Assembly: GCA_951406725.2 (NCBI GenBank)
Contig: OX597828.1
Span: forward strand, 49,972,001-50,036,000
Source: Octopus vulgaris
Taxonomy: Eukaryota
Length of the DNA: 64,000 nt
Direction of reading: 5' to 3'
Below are positions 1 through 41,814 of this stretch, piece after piece. The first letter of the stretch is position 1. Every line of letters starts with the position of its first letter. The notes under the pieces were generated by a model. The model made no database searches and was not told where the DNA came from. It saw nothing but the letters and a program-made list of their open reading frames with translations. A program made the translations under genes and the position numbers.

Positions 1-636
1 GAAAACCTCCAGTTTATTGCAGTAAAATATCTAAAGTTGACAACCTTAGATATTTCATCCTTAACACGTCTGGTTTATTTATTATTATTATTATTTTTTT
101 TTTTGTTTTGTTAATCTTAATTTTATTATTGGAGAAACTCTTGTTGATGTTCAGTTTCAGTTTAATATTAACTTTGTTGTTAAATACTGTGTTTGTTATT
201 ATTTTTTTTTTTTTTATCAATTACTGATTGCTTACATGTTTTAAATTTAAGAAGTATTTTAAACAGTTACTTATAATAAACAGCGAGTATTCTTAGGAGA
301 AACAAAAAAAAAAGAAGAAAAATACAAAATGAATAAATAAAACTATTGGTTTGATGGATTTACAAAGAAACGTGTTATTACATTGAATCCAATCTTTCAT
401 CATTTCAGTTTCCTTCATCTCTTACCTTACAACTTCCTTGAACATCTATAAAGGTCTATGTTGAATGTTTTATTATTGTTGTTATTAGCAAGGACGACAA
501 GTTGATAGACCTGGTAGAAGACAAGACTAAATGCCTTAACAAGTACTTCGTTCTTGAAGATCTAGGTAAATAACACTACAGATTTTATTTTGATTTCAAG
601 TCCTCCATAGTCGACGACGCTAGTACCAGTACTAGT

Positions 637-1021
637 GGAGGCACAATGGCCCAGTGGTTAGGGCAGCGGACTCGCGGTCATAGGATCGCGGTTTCGATTC
701 CCAGACCGGGCGTTGTGAGTGTTTATTGAGCGAAAACACCTAAAAGCTCCACGAGGCTCTGGCAGGGGATGGTGGTGATCCCTGCTGTACTCTTTCACCA
801 CAACTTTCTCTCACTCTTACTTCCTGTTTCTGTTGTACCTGTATTTCAAGGGGCCGGCCTTGTCACTCTCTGTGTCACGCTGAATATCCCCGAGAACTAC
901 GTTAAGGGTACACGTGTCTGTGGAGTGCTCAGCCACTTACACGTTAATTTCACGAGCAGGCTGTTCCGTTGATTCGGATCAACCGGAACCCTCATCGTCG
1001 TAACCGACGGAGTGCTTCCAC
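637..1021 (+). mobile_element. tRNA-derived SINE, family B, full length
   Basis: A box TGGCCCAGTGG and B-box-like GGTTTCGATTCC; 15-bp TSD AGTACCAGTACT(A/G)GT at 622-636 and 1022-1036; near-identical inverted copy at 8183-8563. Confidence 0.9.
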
Positions 1022-1328
1022 AGTACCAGTACTGGTGTTTGTTTAATTGTATCTGATCAGTTGTACATTTTAAGCATCCAATTAACTCTAATTAGTTTTC
1101 TTCCTCAATGTTCACCAATCAAATCTTAGCAGGATTGATAAGAACCATCAAGTTCCTATCAAGTACAGAACTTGATTAAAAGACATCTTCTTCCAGGATC
1201 CTGGGCCTTTGTTACATATTATCATTGTTATTATTATTGTTGTTGTTATTGTTAAGACAGTGATCTGGCAGAATTGTTAGAACGTCAGAAGGATTGCTTC
1301 ATGGCATTTCTTCAGGCTCTTTACATTC

Positions 1329-1513
1329 TGTTCTGTATTTAAGAGATGAGGAATTATGTACATTATTTACATTCGATGGATATTTGTCCTCATCTTGTTT
1401 GCTGTTAACACAACGTTTCGGCTGATATACTCTCCAGCCTTCATCAGGTGTCTTGGGGAAATTTCGAACCTGGGTTCTCATTCCTAAGGTATTTTTCGAT
1501 GTTGTTGTTATTA

Positions 1514-1544
<31 letters not shown>

Positions 1545-1784
1545 GCCCACGTGCATATGGCGTAGTGGTTAAGAGCGTGGGCTACTAACCCCAAGATTCC
1601 AAGTTTGATTCCAGGCTGTGACCTGAATAATAATAATAATAATAACATCGAAAAATAACTTAGGAATGAGAACCCAGGTTCAAAATTTCCCCAAGACACC
1701 TGATGAAGGCAGGAGGGTATATCAGCCGAAACGTATTAACAACAAACAAGATGAGGACAAATATCCGTCAAATGTAAATAATGT
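1329..1784. mobile_element. Penelope-like short element in inverted (head-to-head) arrangement, with a tRNA-like head and hammerhead motifs
   Basis: About 1360-1500 is the reverse complement of about 1645-1784; A box TGGCGTAGTGG (1558-1568) and B box GTTTGATTCC (1603-1612); inserted in a family C SINE with CTTTACATTC duplicated on both sides. Confidence 0.75.
1407..1452 (-). ncRNA. Minimal type I hammerhead ribozyme motif
   Basis: GACAC-CUGAUGA-A-GGCUG(gagaguauau)CAGCC-GAAA-CG-UU-GUGUU: intact core, 5-bp stem II, palindromic ACGU stem III, stem I GACAC/GUGUU. Confidence 0.7.
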
Positions 1785-3509
1785 CTTTACATTCAAATGT
1801 CACCAAGGTCAACTTTGCCTTTCATCCTTTTGGGTTCGATAATACGAAGTACCTGACAAGTACTGGTGGTGGTGGTGGGGGGGGGGGTCAATGTAATTAA
1901 CTTACTCCCTCCCATCAAAAATTGCTGGCCTTGTTGTTGTTGTTGTTGTTGCTGCTGTTGTTTGGACATTGAGCTGGCAGAATCCTACCAAGGTTAACTT
2001 TCACTTTCCACCTTTGCACCTGTCAAAAGATACTAATATTAAGACTGTAATTAAAGCAGCAAGCTGGTAGAACTCTTAGCATAGTTGGCAAAATGCTTAG
2101 TAGCATCTTGCCTGACTTTATGTTCTGGGTTCAAATTCCAGCCTTTCAGTTAAACACTAGGGTTGATGTAATCAACTTACACCCTCCCCTAGAACTTCTG
2201 GCTTTGGACCAAAAATAGAAACTAGTATTATTATTATTATTGTGGCAGAGGAGCTTTGGTACAGAGAGTAAGCAAACTAACCTCAAATCCTCCCTACAGT
2301 ACCACTTGCTTAGTATTTGTGGGTTTTGAGTTCAAACCTTACTAGGTTTACCACCTTAACTTTTAATCTGTCTTAGGATTAGTGAAATGTGTAAGTGGCT
2401 GGAGATGCTTCCATTAATTATACTGTCTAGCTTAATCACCATAGCAACTGGAGTCTGGTAAGAGACTGTCACCAGCAGACTTACCAGATACCTTGTGGTG
2501 TTTAGTTTACATGGTTTATTGTATTGAATGTCGTCAGAGTTTGATAATACCTTTCTTAGCTTGGGATGGGGGTGGAATGTTCATAAAATGAGTATCAGTA
2601 ATATACCGGGGGTTGGGGTATATTGGAACAACTATATTCACTTAAATGTGTTCCATACTTGATCAAAGAAATCATAATTCATCCTTTTGGGGTCGATGAT
2701 ATAAGTACCAGTTGAGTACAGGGTCGGAGGGGGGGGGGGTTTAATTAACTAGCCTCCTCCCCCAAATTTCAGGCCTTTTGTCTATAGCAGAAGTTATTAT
2801 TATTATAACATACCATGTAAAAGCAAAAGAAGTTGTTCTTGTTGTTGTCTACTAGTACAAGTTGTGGTAGTAGTGAGTGTCACAGCGCAAGAAGTATGTT
2901 GAGAGAAATGTGGTTTTCGATACAAATTGAAGCCACTCCATTTATGCCTTTAGGGATGGACATGAACATCACAACTCTTCATTTCCTCTCCTCACCAGTG
3001 TAAGGCCTTAAGGTATATTATTTACCAATATAATAGTAATGTCTGTGAGCTGTTGGTACCATGTAAAAGCTGTGGAGTGTTTGTGACATGTCCCTTAATT
3101 CCCTTCATATGTCTGTCTTTGGAAAAGGCTGAATTGTCACACAGTTTCCTGGTTCTCTCTAAAACTTGTAAGACATCAATATTTTGGATTCCTTTGTTAG
3201 TAATAAAACTCACAGAAATTATTCTGCAACAAGTTTTTTTCTTTTTACATTTTTTTTTTTTGTTCCCTACAAAATCTTAAACGTTTTAGAACAAACTTTC
3301 TTTCCCAGTGGAGTTATCTGCCCCTTTACAATTCGTGAATTGATCAGTATTATAATTCATGGTTGCATCTACCTTGCTTCCTACATGTTATCATGCACAT
3401 TACAACATCCGTGTTTATTCATTTATTTTATTTCCTAAGTAAGAAATGGGTTTTAGTTTGATAAAATGTCTTACTTTTTTTAATATGACTTTGTGACATT
3501 TTTTTTTCC

Positions 3510-3690
3510 AACCCTTTAGCAAGTCAGATTATTTTGTCTAATGTAATGCTTATTTATTCACAGTTTTGAATTACTCATGCATTATCTCTTTGCATCGAGA
3601 TTATGCTGATGTACTTGTTTATTTTTAGTATGATATTGTAGGGTAGGTGTGAGAAGCTGAATATGGCCAGTTTAAATTCTAATGGGTTAA
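3510..3690. mobile_element. piggyBac-like MITE family (TTAA-CCCTTTAGC...GCTAAAGGG-TTAA); other copies at about 24859-25067, 29068-29240, 29570-29737 and 40069-40790 (split)
   Basis: Dispersed shared body (CAGATTACTCTGTCAAAT...GACATTGTAGGGTAGG) with CCC/GGG termini at TTAA-like sites. Confidence 0.65.
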
Positions 3691-4868
3691 ACCTAAATAA
3701 TTTGATATATGACATCGTTGTATATGTATATGACAAAAGTTAGATATTTTCTAGGTGTTATATTTTGTGCGTTGTCACTGGTTATTGTTATATTTCTTAT
3801 GTCACATCTCTAGATATTTCCTAGATAACATTACATTTACTTCCAATTGGACATTGCCCTGATGACATGTCATATCTTGTTATGTCATGCCCCTGGATAT
3901 CTCTTAGATGATTGGTGTTATATTTTGATATGTTATCTTTTCCTTGACATGAAATTGTATGATAAATTGTCAAATAGAAATTAGAGGCGGTGCCACATGT
4001 TAAAATATCTGATTGAGTAGTTCTGTGCGAGACATTTTAGTAAAGACACTGCTACAACCGTTATTATTTGCAGTTGTTTGTTTGTCCTCTTCAAGACTCA
4101 ACCAGCTGGTGTTCAGTTGTGAGAGTGTATCTTGTTTGTTGTTGTTTGAAGCAATAAAGCACCATGTCAACAGTCTTCCGTCCATTTTGCAGATCAGAAC
4201 TTTCTGTTTCTTTATCAAGAATCGGTTGAGTGGGGACTTTGTAGTAAATGGACTGCAGTGGAGGTAGGAGAGTGTCTCTCTGCTGTAAGAATCGGTTGAA
4301 AGGATGGGTGGCTCCAAACACATAGGCATTTAGGGTACCCTTATTGTATTGTTACCATTCAATCCCACCTTTCCTCCTCCCCCTCAAAACAAAAGCTGAT
4401 GCAGAACATTTAATATGACTGAAACACGTCTTAAAATCGTATGACTGATCCTAAATGACTGCATATCAGGTAGATCGCCACCATTGCTCTTGGTAGGTAA
4501 CAACCTCTGTTGATCTTGTTTCTCATCTCTGTTAATCTCCTTCCAGAGATTGCCATGGATACAATGCAAACTGTACCCAGACATCAATCAAGCAACACTG
4601 TTTTCTTTGGTTTTGTACACTGGCAGCTATTGTTTGTTTCATCAATTGACTGAAACTGGTAGTTCACTTGTCAATGGGGAGAAAGTAGGTAGATTCAGTG
4701 TTTAGTTTCGGTTTTCTAAATTGTATTTACTAATAAATCTGACATCTGTTTATCCTATCCACCTCAATTGGAATAATATATATATATATATATATATGTA
4801 GGGCCCGGGTTGAGTCGGGGTTAACCACTGTAAATAAGGTACTCAATACATAGCAGAGTAAATTAATT

Positions 4869-5005
4869 TATTTTATAGAAGGAGCTTCTACAGGACTAGA
4901 ACTGTTTCATTCAAATGAAACCATCAGGAAGCTTGGTGTCACCAAGCTTCCTGATGATTTCATTTGAAACAGTTCTAGTCCTGTAGAAGCTCCTTCTATA
5001 AAATA
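4869..5005. ncRNA. Near-perfect palindrome whose two arms are type I hammerhead motifs (Penelope-like)
   Basis: Right arm (+) AGCUUC-CUGAUGA-uuucauuu-GAAA-CAG(uucuaguc)CUG-UA-GAAGCU at 4945-4991; left arm (-) is the same fold with a complete stem II but core CUGAUGG; centre at 4939. Confidence 0.7.
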
Positions 5006-6779
5006 TATATATATATATACACATACACACACACATACACAAAAGTTTAGTATTTTAAGTTTAAGTAAACAAAATGTTATTGTTTAAAAAATTTGTAATG
5101 ATAATTATTTCTTTCTAAAAGCAAACAAGAAGGCAATGATAGCTTTGTCAGGCTGCTAACAATCACTACAGGAATTAAGTTCAAAAAGGAAATTTTTTTT
5201 TACATTTTTAAATTTTCACACAGGGCTGGATTTAAATAACAAAAAAAAATTCTATATTCATTTAAGTTTATAAACAAATATACCTTTCAATTAAATTACT
5301 CTATAGTAATAATACTCAGATGGAATGATTGCTGAAGTAAAATTTGGTCTTTTATGGAAACTACTAGGAGTGGTTATTATTATTATTATTATTAAAGATA
5401 TGTTGAAAACTGTGTGTTTGTTGTGTTATTTACTCCAAAGTTCACCTCAAAATCTCTCAAACCAGATTCTTATCTGTTCAAAACTACATCATAAAAGCTG
5501 TTCACTGTGGGCTCCTTCAATATTGAGCCGGATAACGCTACACCACAAATGCCAGTTTTTGTTTTTTCAAATTAATCTGAAAATAGCCAGCAACATTAAA
5601 TATTCCCTAAACTTGTGGTTCTTCACTGCTTTTACATTAATTTTAAAACGTTAGATGGTAGGATGGATTTTGTTAAAGCAATTTCTTTTGGATAACTAAT
5701 TATTAAACAGTAATGGAACCTGCTGTTAGCTTGAGGCAATCAAAGTTATGTGGTTTTTCTTACAAACACACCATTATTGCTTTAGAGTAAGTTTTGAATA
5801 CCTGGCTAAGTGGTCAGCACATCCATTGATTTGTGCTCACTTTGTGTGTGTCCAGAAGCACATGAAGAGAGCACAACTGTTATGAAACCCCTAGTTACCC
5901 AGGGTCATGATCCTGGACAAGTCAGAAACTCACAAATAGCAGTTTGTCAATTTTATTTTACTTGACATTAACAAAAGATAATTGTAAACAATAAGGTGTA
6001 AAAGGCAGTGTGGAACTGATAATTTGATAGTGTAAAGGAATATAAAATACTGGAAATTTAATTTGTAATTAATGAAATAGTGAAGTAATAATAATAATCT
6101 TGATCTCCTGCTGACTTGGAATGTGAAAAGAAGAGAAATGTTTGTTTTTAGCTAACTTTTTTTCATTTAGTTATTTCTTTACAATTTCCAAATACATTCT
6201 TTTTGAAGTTGAAGATTTCTTAATTTTCTGTTTTTCTTTCTCAAAAATTATTCTGGATAATGGTTAGACATGCAAGTATTTTTGAGTTAAAAATTTAAAA
6301 TAACAATACAATTACAGCTCAACTAAAATTTAAACTTTTTTGTTATTAAAATGTGATTGAATATTGATAGCTAAATGAAAAAATATATTTTTTTTATTTC
6401 CACGAAGAGAAAGGTCTGGACATTTTGAAGCTTTCTCACACTTTCACATTTTACTTGGAGATTATCAGGAGGAACAAAAAAAAAAACCTTGAATATTTTC
6501 TAATTGCAAGTTGAAATTTCAAATAAAAATATTCTTGTTCTACACTGGAAGCTGTAAATGTGAATTACTTGCAAAGTTGTCTCATTCATGAAATAATAAA
6601 TCAATGCTAAGATTTCATTTGAAAATATATGGGTAGGATTATTAGAAATATCTGTGTTTTCTTTCAACAGTATATATATAATAAACTTATCGTATATAGT
6701 GCTCAACTCATCAGAAAAAGGAGCCAAAAATACATGAACAGTACACAAGGAATTTTAAAAAATAATAGAATTGCTTTGG

Positions 6780-7900
6780 AGTGGAACATCAGGCGTGCTA
6801 GTAGTGAATTTCAGGAAGCATGGATGTTATGAAAGATGTAATGTCCTGACAGCTAACAACTGATGCAAGTTGTTTACTCCATGCTTCAGTAATTCTAGGT
6901 GTGAAAAATGTTTCTGAAAGTGCTATGTTCATTTTTGGATTTTGTAAGCATATCCATGAATATTGGACAAATGGAATTAAAAAAAGGGGCCCAAGGTTGT
7001 TGTTGGAAAGATGATATACAGGTAGGTGGTGGATGGATGAGTGAATTGGGTCAAATATACTGGAACTAACTATTAATTGGACTTAATTGAGAAGCATTTT
7101 TGAAGATGATAATGTGATATGGAGGAGTTTATCCATAGTACTACATGGAATGAGGAGAGAGCTCTTACTGTATAAAAGCATCTAATGGGTGTTTTTCACA
7201 TGGAACTATAAGCTAACTGAAATATTTGATAGTTTTACAGCAGTCCAGTTTCCTGCATTGATGATACTGTAGCTCCCTACAGTACTGTTATCCACTTTGA
7301 TGGACTGAGCCACTGAGAGTTAGGTTCTCTAAATAACCGTACTTTGGAATTGTTAGTTCAGTGAGGGGTACCACCAAATTCAACAGGTTTACTATAAAAT
7401 GGGATGTGAAATGGCAATTCTTGAGTCAAGTTTGATGTACCATTATATACCACTGTGCTTCTCCATGGATCACATCATAGAATCATTTATGGTAATAGAA
7501 AATCTCTACAAAAGCCTGTTGGTTGTTGAAGTTTATGGATGTCACAGGAACTTGATGGGATTAGGACAAGTGTCAAATGCTGTAGATTCGTTTCTCATTA
7601 AGGAAGATTTAAAATGTCATCACTAGAAATTTAAAGCTGCCATAATGGTAAGGAGATTATAAACTAATGAGAAAGGCAGAGGAATTAATATCAAACAGAG
7701 GGGAAACAACTCTAGACATGTTTGTCTTATTAAACCTTATCAGCAAATCACAGTCTAACAGGTCTTAGAATAACTATAATAGATATGTTGTCACCATAGT
7801 GCAAGCTCAAATCCCTACTGCATTCTAATTTTAATCCCTGGGTTCTCTGCTTTCTTTAAGGTTACTACAAGCAGGTGGGGCATTTTCTGTGAAGCATAGA
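6780..7900 (-). mobile_element. Highly decayed L2/CR1-like LINE RT relic
   Basis: Non-repetitive, more GC-balanced segment with fragmentary resemblance to the TC.L.PIP and SAY...ET.LL motifs; no intact frame. Confidence 0.35.
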
Positions 7901-8182
7901 GCAATTTGTAAAATGCTATTTTAATGAAAAGCAGGCTCTAAACCACACAAGATTCAGAACAACTGATTGAGATGGTTACTATTCCTTAGAATTACTGTTT
8001 CAATGTTATTGATTTCATATGAATCTAACAATGGGTGGAGGTCAGGATCAGAATGTCTCAGGTGAAACCTCCACCACTAGTTTATCAAGCTGAATTCTAC
8101 TAAATCAAGTCCTGAAATACACCACTATCTTACAATTAAGTTTGAAAATAATGAAGAATTTAGTACATAACTCATTAATAAT

Positions 8183-8563
8183 AGGAGCACTCCGTCGGTT
8201 ACGACGATGAGGGTCCCAGCTGATACGATCAACGGAACAGCTTGCTCGTGGAATTAACGTGCAAGTGGCTGAGCATTCCACAGACACGTGTACCCTTAAC
8301 GTAGTTCTCGAGGAGATTCAGCGTGACACAGAGAGTGACAAGGCTGGCCCTTTGAAATACAGGTACAACAGAAACAGGAAGAAAGAGTGAGAGAAAGTTG
8401 TGGTGAAAGAGTACAGCAGGGTTCACCACCACCCCCTGCAGGAGCCTTGTGAAGCTTTAGGTGTTTTCGCTCAATAAACACTCACAATGCCCGGTCTGCG
8501 AATCGAAACCGCGATCCTACGACCGCGAGTCCGCTGCCCTAACCACTGGGCCATTGCGCCTCC
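8183..8563 (-). mobile_element. tRNA-derived SINE, family B, full length
   Basis: Reverse complement of 637-1021; perfect 13-bp TSD ACTCATTAATAAT at 8170-8182 and 8564-8576. Confidence 0.9.
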
Positions 8564-8949
8564 ACTCATTAATAATGCTGGTGTGTGGAACATAAATTAA
8601 CACGGAATTTTGAAGGATGGTTATAATTTCAATAACATTAAAACAGGAAATTTATAGTTCAGAACCAAAAATGATTTCAGGTGGGTTGGCATCAGAATGG
8701 TTAATATTTATCGAAAGCTGAACATAATTCTAGTTCAAGTCTTGAACCTAACCCCCAAGCAAATCATTGAGGAAAACGGAAAAGTTTTTTTGCTAAATGT
8801 CTGTAACTAGGTACCAAAAAGTATTTAAAACAATTTGGATATTAATAAAAACCTACAGAAATATTGGTTTCAAATTTTGGCACAAGGCCAGCAAATTTTA
8901 GAGGAGGGGGAAGTTAATTACATTCATCCCAAGTACTTAACTAGTACTT

Positions 8950-9152
8950 ATAATAATAATAATAATGGTAGTAGTAGTAGTAGTAATAGTAGTAGTAGTA
9001 ATAATAATGATAATGATAATAAAAATAATAATGATAATAATAATAGTAGTAGTAATAATGATAATGATAATAATAATAATAATGGTAGTAGTAGTAGTAG
9101 TAGTAGTAGTAATAATAATGATAATAAAAATAATAATGATAATAATAATAGT
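8950..9152. repeat. Compound trinucleotide microsatellite (AAT/AGT/GAT)n
   Basis: Directly visible; lies between fragments of a family C SINE. Confidence 0.95.
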
Positions 9153-10174
9153 TGACCTTGGCAGAATTTGAATTCAGAATGTAAAGACAGATGAACTACT
9201 GCTACGCATTTTGCCTGGTTTGCTAACAATTTTGTTGGTTCACCGCCTTAAGACCTACAGAAATATTAATTTTTTCCATATTTATAACAGAATTGTCAAG
9301 ATTTTGTAGTAAAGATAACTAAAAGAGAACTTTTTTTATTTCTAACCACCAATCATGAATATGTATCTCAGACTTAGAAATATTCCAGTGTTTCTGAAAT
9401 AACTGATTAACCTTAGAATTTATACTAAAACTTACACCATCACATAATATTTTGTAGAAATGGCCTGAACTCCTTGATATACTTACCCACTTTCTACCTC
9501 CTCAACACCCGTGCAATGTCTCATCTTTGACATATAAAGACACTATTTTACCTACAGGAAATTTGTAGATTTAAAATAAAATACAATTTTCAAAAATAGT
9601 CGTTGATGGAAGCTGGCAAGGAGCAGGAAGATTTGGGCAGTGAAAAGTTATTTAAAACCAGATCAGCCTTGACAAAGCAAACTTAAAATTGCATTCCAAC
9701 AATGATTGAACTTGCCACATTTTTTTCGAACAGTGTATCTAGGGCTACATTTTGAAACCATATTTAAGATTGGTAGGCAGAGATTTGACTGCAATTTCGC
9801 CTGACTGGCCCTCGTGCTGGTGGCATGTAAAAGCACCCACAACACTCTTGGAGTGGCGTGAGGAAGGGCATCCAGCTGTAGAAACTCTGCCAGATCAGAT
9901 TGGAGCCTGGTGCAGCCATCTGGTTCACCAGACGTCAGTGAAATCGTCTAACCCATGCTAGCATGGAAAGCGGACGTTAAACGATGATGATGATGTACAA
10001 GCTTCTTCACTAGCTCTTGGGGCAACACTTATAGAGGATGGAAATTCTGGTGAGGTTTGATTGGTCAAAATTGGTAACATTTTGCTATATTCACCAATGT
10101 TACTGAAGGGGAAAAAAAGCAAACAAAAAAAAAATCATTTGTTCAGCAACAAAACCTTGGAAGTAAAAATTGTT

Positions 10175-10180
10175 TTTATT
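10175..10180 (-). terminator. Probable UAP1 polyadenylation signal AATAAA
   Basis: AATAAA on the minus strand about 280 nt after the stop, followed by a U/GU-rich downstream tract (ttttttttgtttgcttttttt). Confidence 0.55.
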
Positions 10181-10460
10181 TAAAAAAATATACACGACTT
10201 GACAGTCATTTATATTGAAGGAAAAAAAAAAACCAAACCAAACATTTATAGAAAAGGAAAACCCCTGAAATAATTCAGATAAGCAACAGTTATACAAGAA
10301 TAAATAAAATATATATAAGCAGTCTGTTCATTTCAGTTTAGTTTCTTAATATATTGTTCCCAATTTATGACCATTATAGTTGTTACCAATGGATAACAAA
10401 AATAATTCTGTGAGGAATGACCAAGAAGAATTGAAGAAAAGTGAAATTTAGTTGTACAAA

Positions 10461-39408
<28,948 letters not shown>

Positions 39409-41757
39409 ATTTCTGTAAACAAAGATTAAATATATACACAGATATACATATAAACATGTATTATACACCATCTCCACGCCCCCAAAAACTTAAGTTTCCC
39501 AAAATATTAGGGAGTTTTAAATTGTCAAGTTTTATATGATATTTGTTTGAAGATATTCAGGTCTTGATGTTGGTGGTCTCGTACTATGGTTTTAGGTAGC
39601 AGTGGTAGCCATGGGTGGCAGGATGTGTGGTGTGTGTGTTTGCATGTTGGTGGTAGTGTTAATATGGATCTATGTGCATGCAAAAGAAATGTGCACTGAA
39701 AGAAGCCCGTCGTATATATGTATGTATGTGTGTGTGTGTGTGATTGTGTTTGTCTCCCCAACATCACTTGACAACCGATGGTGGTGTGTTTACGTCCCCG
39801 TAACTTAGCAGTTCGGCAAAACAGACTGATAGAATAAGTACTAAGCTTACAAAGAATAAGTCCTGGGGTTGATTTGCTCGACTAAAGGCGGTGCTCCAGC
39901 ATGGCCGCAGTCAAATGACTGAAACAAGTAAAAGAGAGTATGCATCTCTTGATATACAAGGGGAAGGAAGACAGGAGGAAGTAGCATGCGTGTGTAGGTA
40001 TGTACAGACATACATCTCTATACATGTCAGTGCATGTGTGTATACATATACACATGTATAGACACTTTTAACCCATTAGCATTTAAACCAGATCTATCAC
40101 ACCAAATTATTCTGTTTTATGTCCAAACTGGCCTCTCACACCTGCCCTACAATGTCATTTTAAAAATAAACAATCACATCACATCTCCAACATCTTAAAG
40201 CTATAAGATAATGCATGATTTGGTGTCACATAACTGGCACCTGCACAGGTAGCATATAAAAAGCACCTTTCGAGCATTGGGCCTCATGGAGGCAAAGTGG
40301 CCAATGCCGGTGGTATGTGAAAAACTCCTTTTGAGTGTTGGGCCTCACAGAAGCAATGACCGAGACCTTTGGCATTATGTCGTACTTGAGAAGAAGACCC
40401 ATCAAGCCAAGTAAAAATCAGTCATGGCAGATACTGGTGTCACACAAATGGAACCCATGCCAGTGGCACGTAAAATTCAATTCAATTCAATTCAATTCAA
40501 TTTTGATTGGCTCAAAAAGCAAAAGCAAGGCCATGTAGGGGGACAGGGAGTTATGTACAGGGAGGGTGGTCATACAAAGAGTTCAGGCCATTACACTCTC
40601 GGAGTGGTTGGCATTGGGAAGGGCATCAAGCCATAGAAACCATACCAAATCAGACTGGAGTCTGGTGCAGCCTTCCAGCTTGCCAGCCCTGGTCAAATTG
40701 TCCAACGCATGCCAGCATGGACGACGGACGTTGAATGATGATGATGCGAATAAATAAGCATTACATTTGATAGAATTATCTGAATGCTAAAGGAAGGAAT
40801 ACACACACACAAAGTTTTATACATAGATGCATACACACATGAGAGTTTGCAAATATCTAATTAACATAACAAAATACTGCACAATGAGGAAGAAAGGTAA
40901 CTGACAGCAGAGTGCTTCTGAAATTATTCTTGTATACTTATACCCTGCCATTTCATTTGTTATGGAAATGTCATATCATCATAACAAGGTGATGTAGGAT
41001 TTCTTTAACTCTTGCCATGGCTCACATTAAAACAACACACATTATTTCCCATCACCACCATCAAGAGACATACATGTATACTCATCCTCTATAAGAATAA
41101 TAAAGAATTGTTATAAACTTTGGTGAATGATACAACTTGGCACTGGTCGAGAGTGCAACTGTGCATGAGATGATGGCATAACTGGGCAGTGGTCACTGGC
41201 ACAACTGAGCAGTTTAATTCTGAATTTATATCTCACCCAATCACTCATAATAAAGCTTGGTCTTCTACAATACCAATAATATACTAAGATTATTCATGCT
41301 GTGATAATATTGACTTACACTGCAATATATACACTCACACTTCTATTGCTTTGCATTATATATCTTATATACATATAGGCACAGGAGTGGCTGTGTGGTA
41401 AGAAGCTTGTGGCCAGCTGGCAGAAACATTAGCACGCTGGGCGAAATGCTTAGCGGTATTTCGTCTGCTGTTATGTTCTGAGTTCAAATTCCGCCGAGGT
41501 CGACTTTGCCTTTCATCCTTTTAGGGGTTGATAAATTAAGTACCAGTCACGCACCGGGGTCGGTGTAATCGACTTAATCCATTTGTATGTCCTTGTTTGT
41601 CCCCTCTGTGTATAGCCCCTTGTGGGCAGTAAAGAAATAAGCTTGCTTCCCAACCACATGGTTCCGGGTTCAGTTCCACTGCATGGCACCTTGGGCAAGT
41701 GTCTTCTACTATAGTCTCAAGAGTAGATTTGGTAGATGGAAACTGAAAGAAGCCTGT

Positions 41758-41814
<57 letters not shown>

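Noticed and set aside
637-715. SINE heads as functional tRNA genes (also 1546-1625 and 43229-43300)
   Set aside because: A and B boxes are present but there is no proper acceptor stem, and each continues into a repeat body.
4000-4600. Overlapping ORFs of 67-109 aa in a more GC-balanced segment
   Set aside because: No recognisable motif or convincing splice sites; possibly an old retroelement relic, which needs BLASTX or Dfam to resolve.
2800-6550. Long AT-rich unique stretch that might be the 3' UTR of a convergent plus-strand gene
   Set aside because: No coding exon or splice evidence in the window; AATAAA hexamers are expected by chance at this composition.
8835-9229. Poly-N/S, poly-L and poly-V/I ORFs
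   Set aside because: Trinucleotide microsatellite read in different frames.
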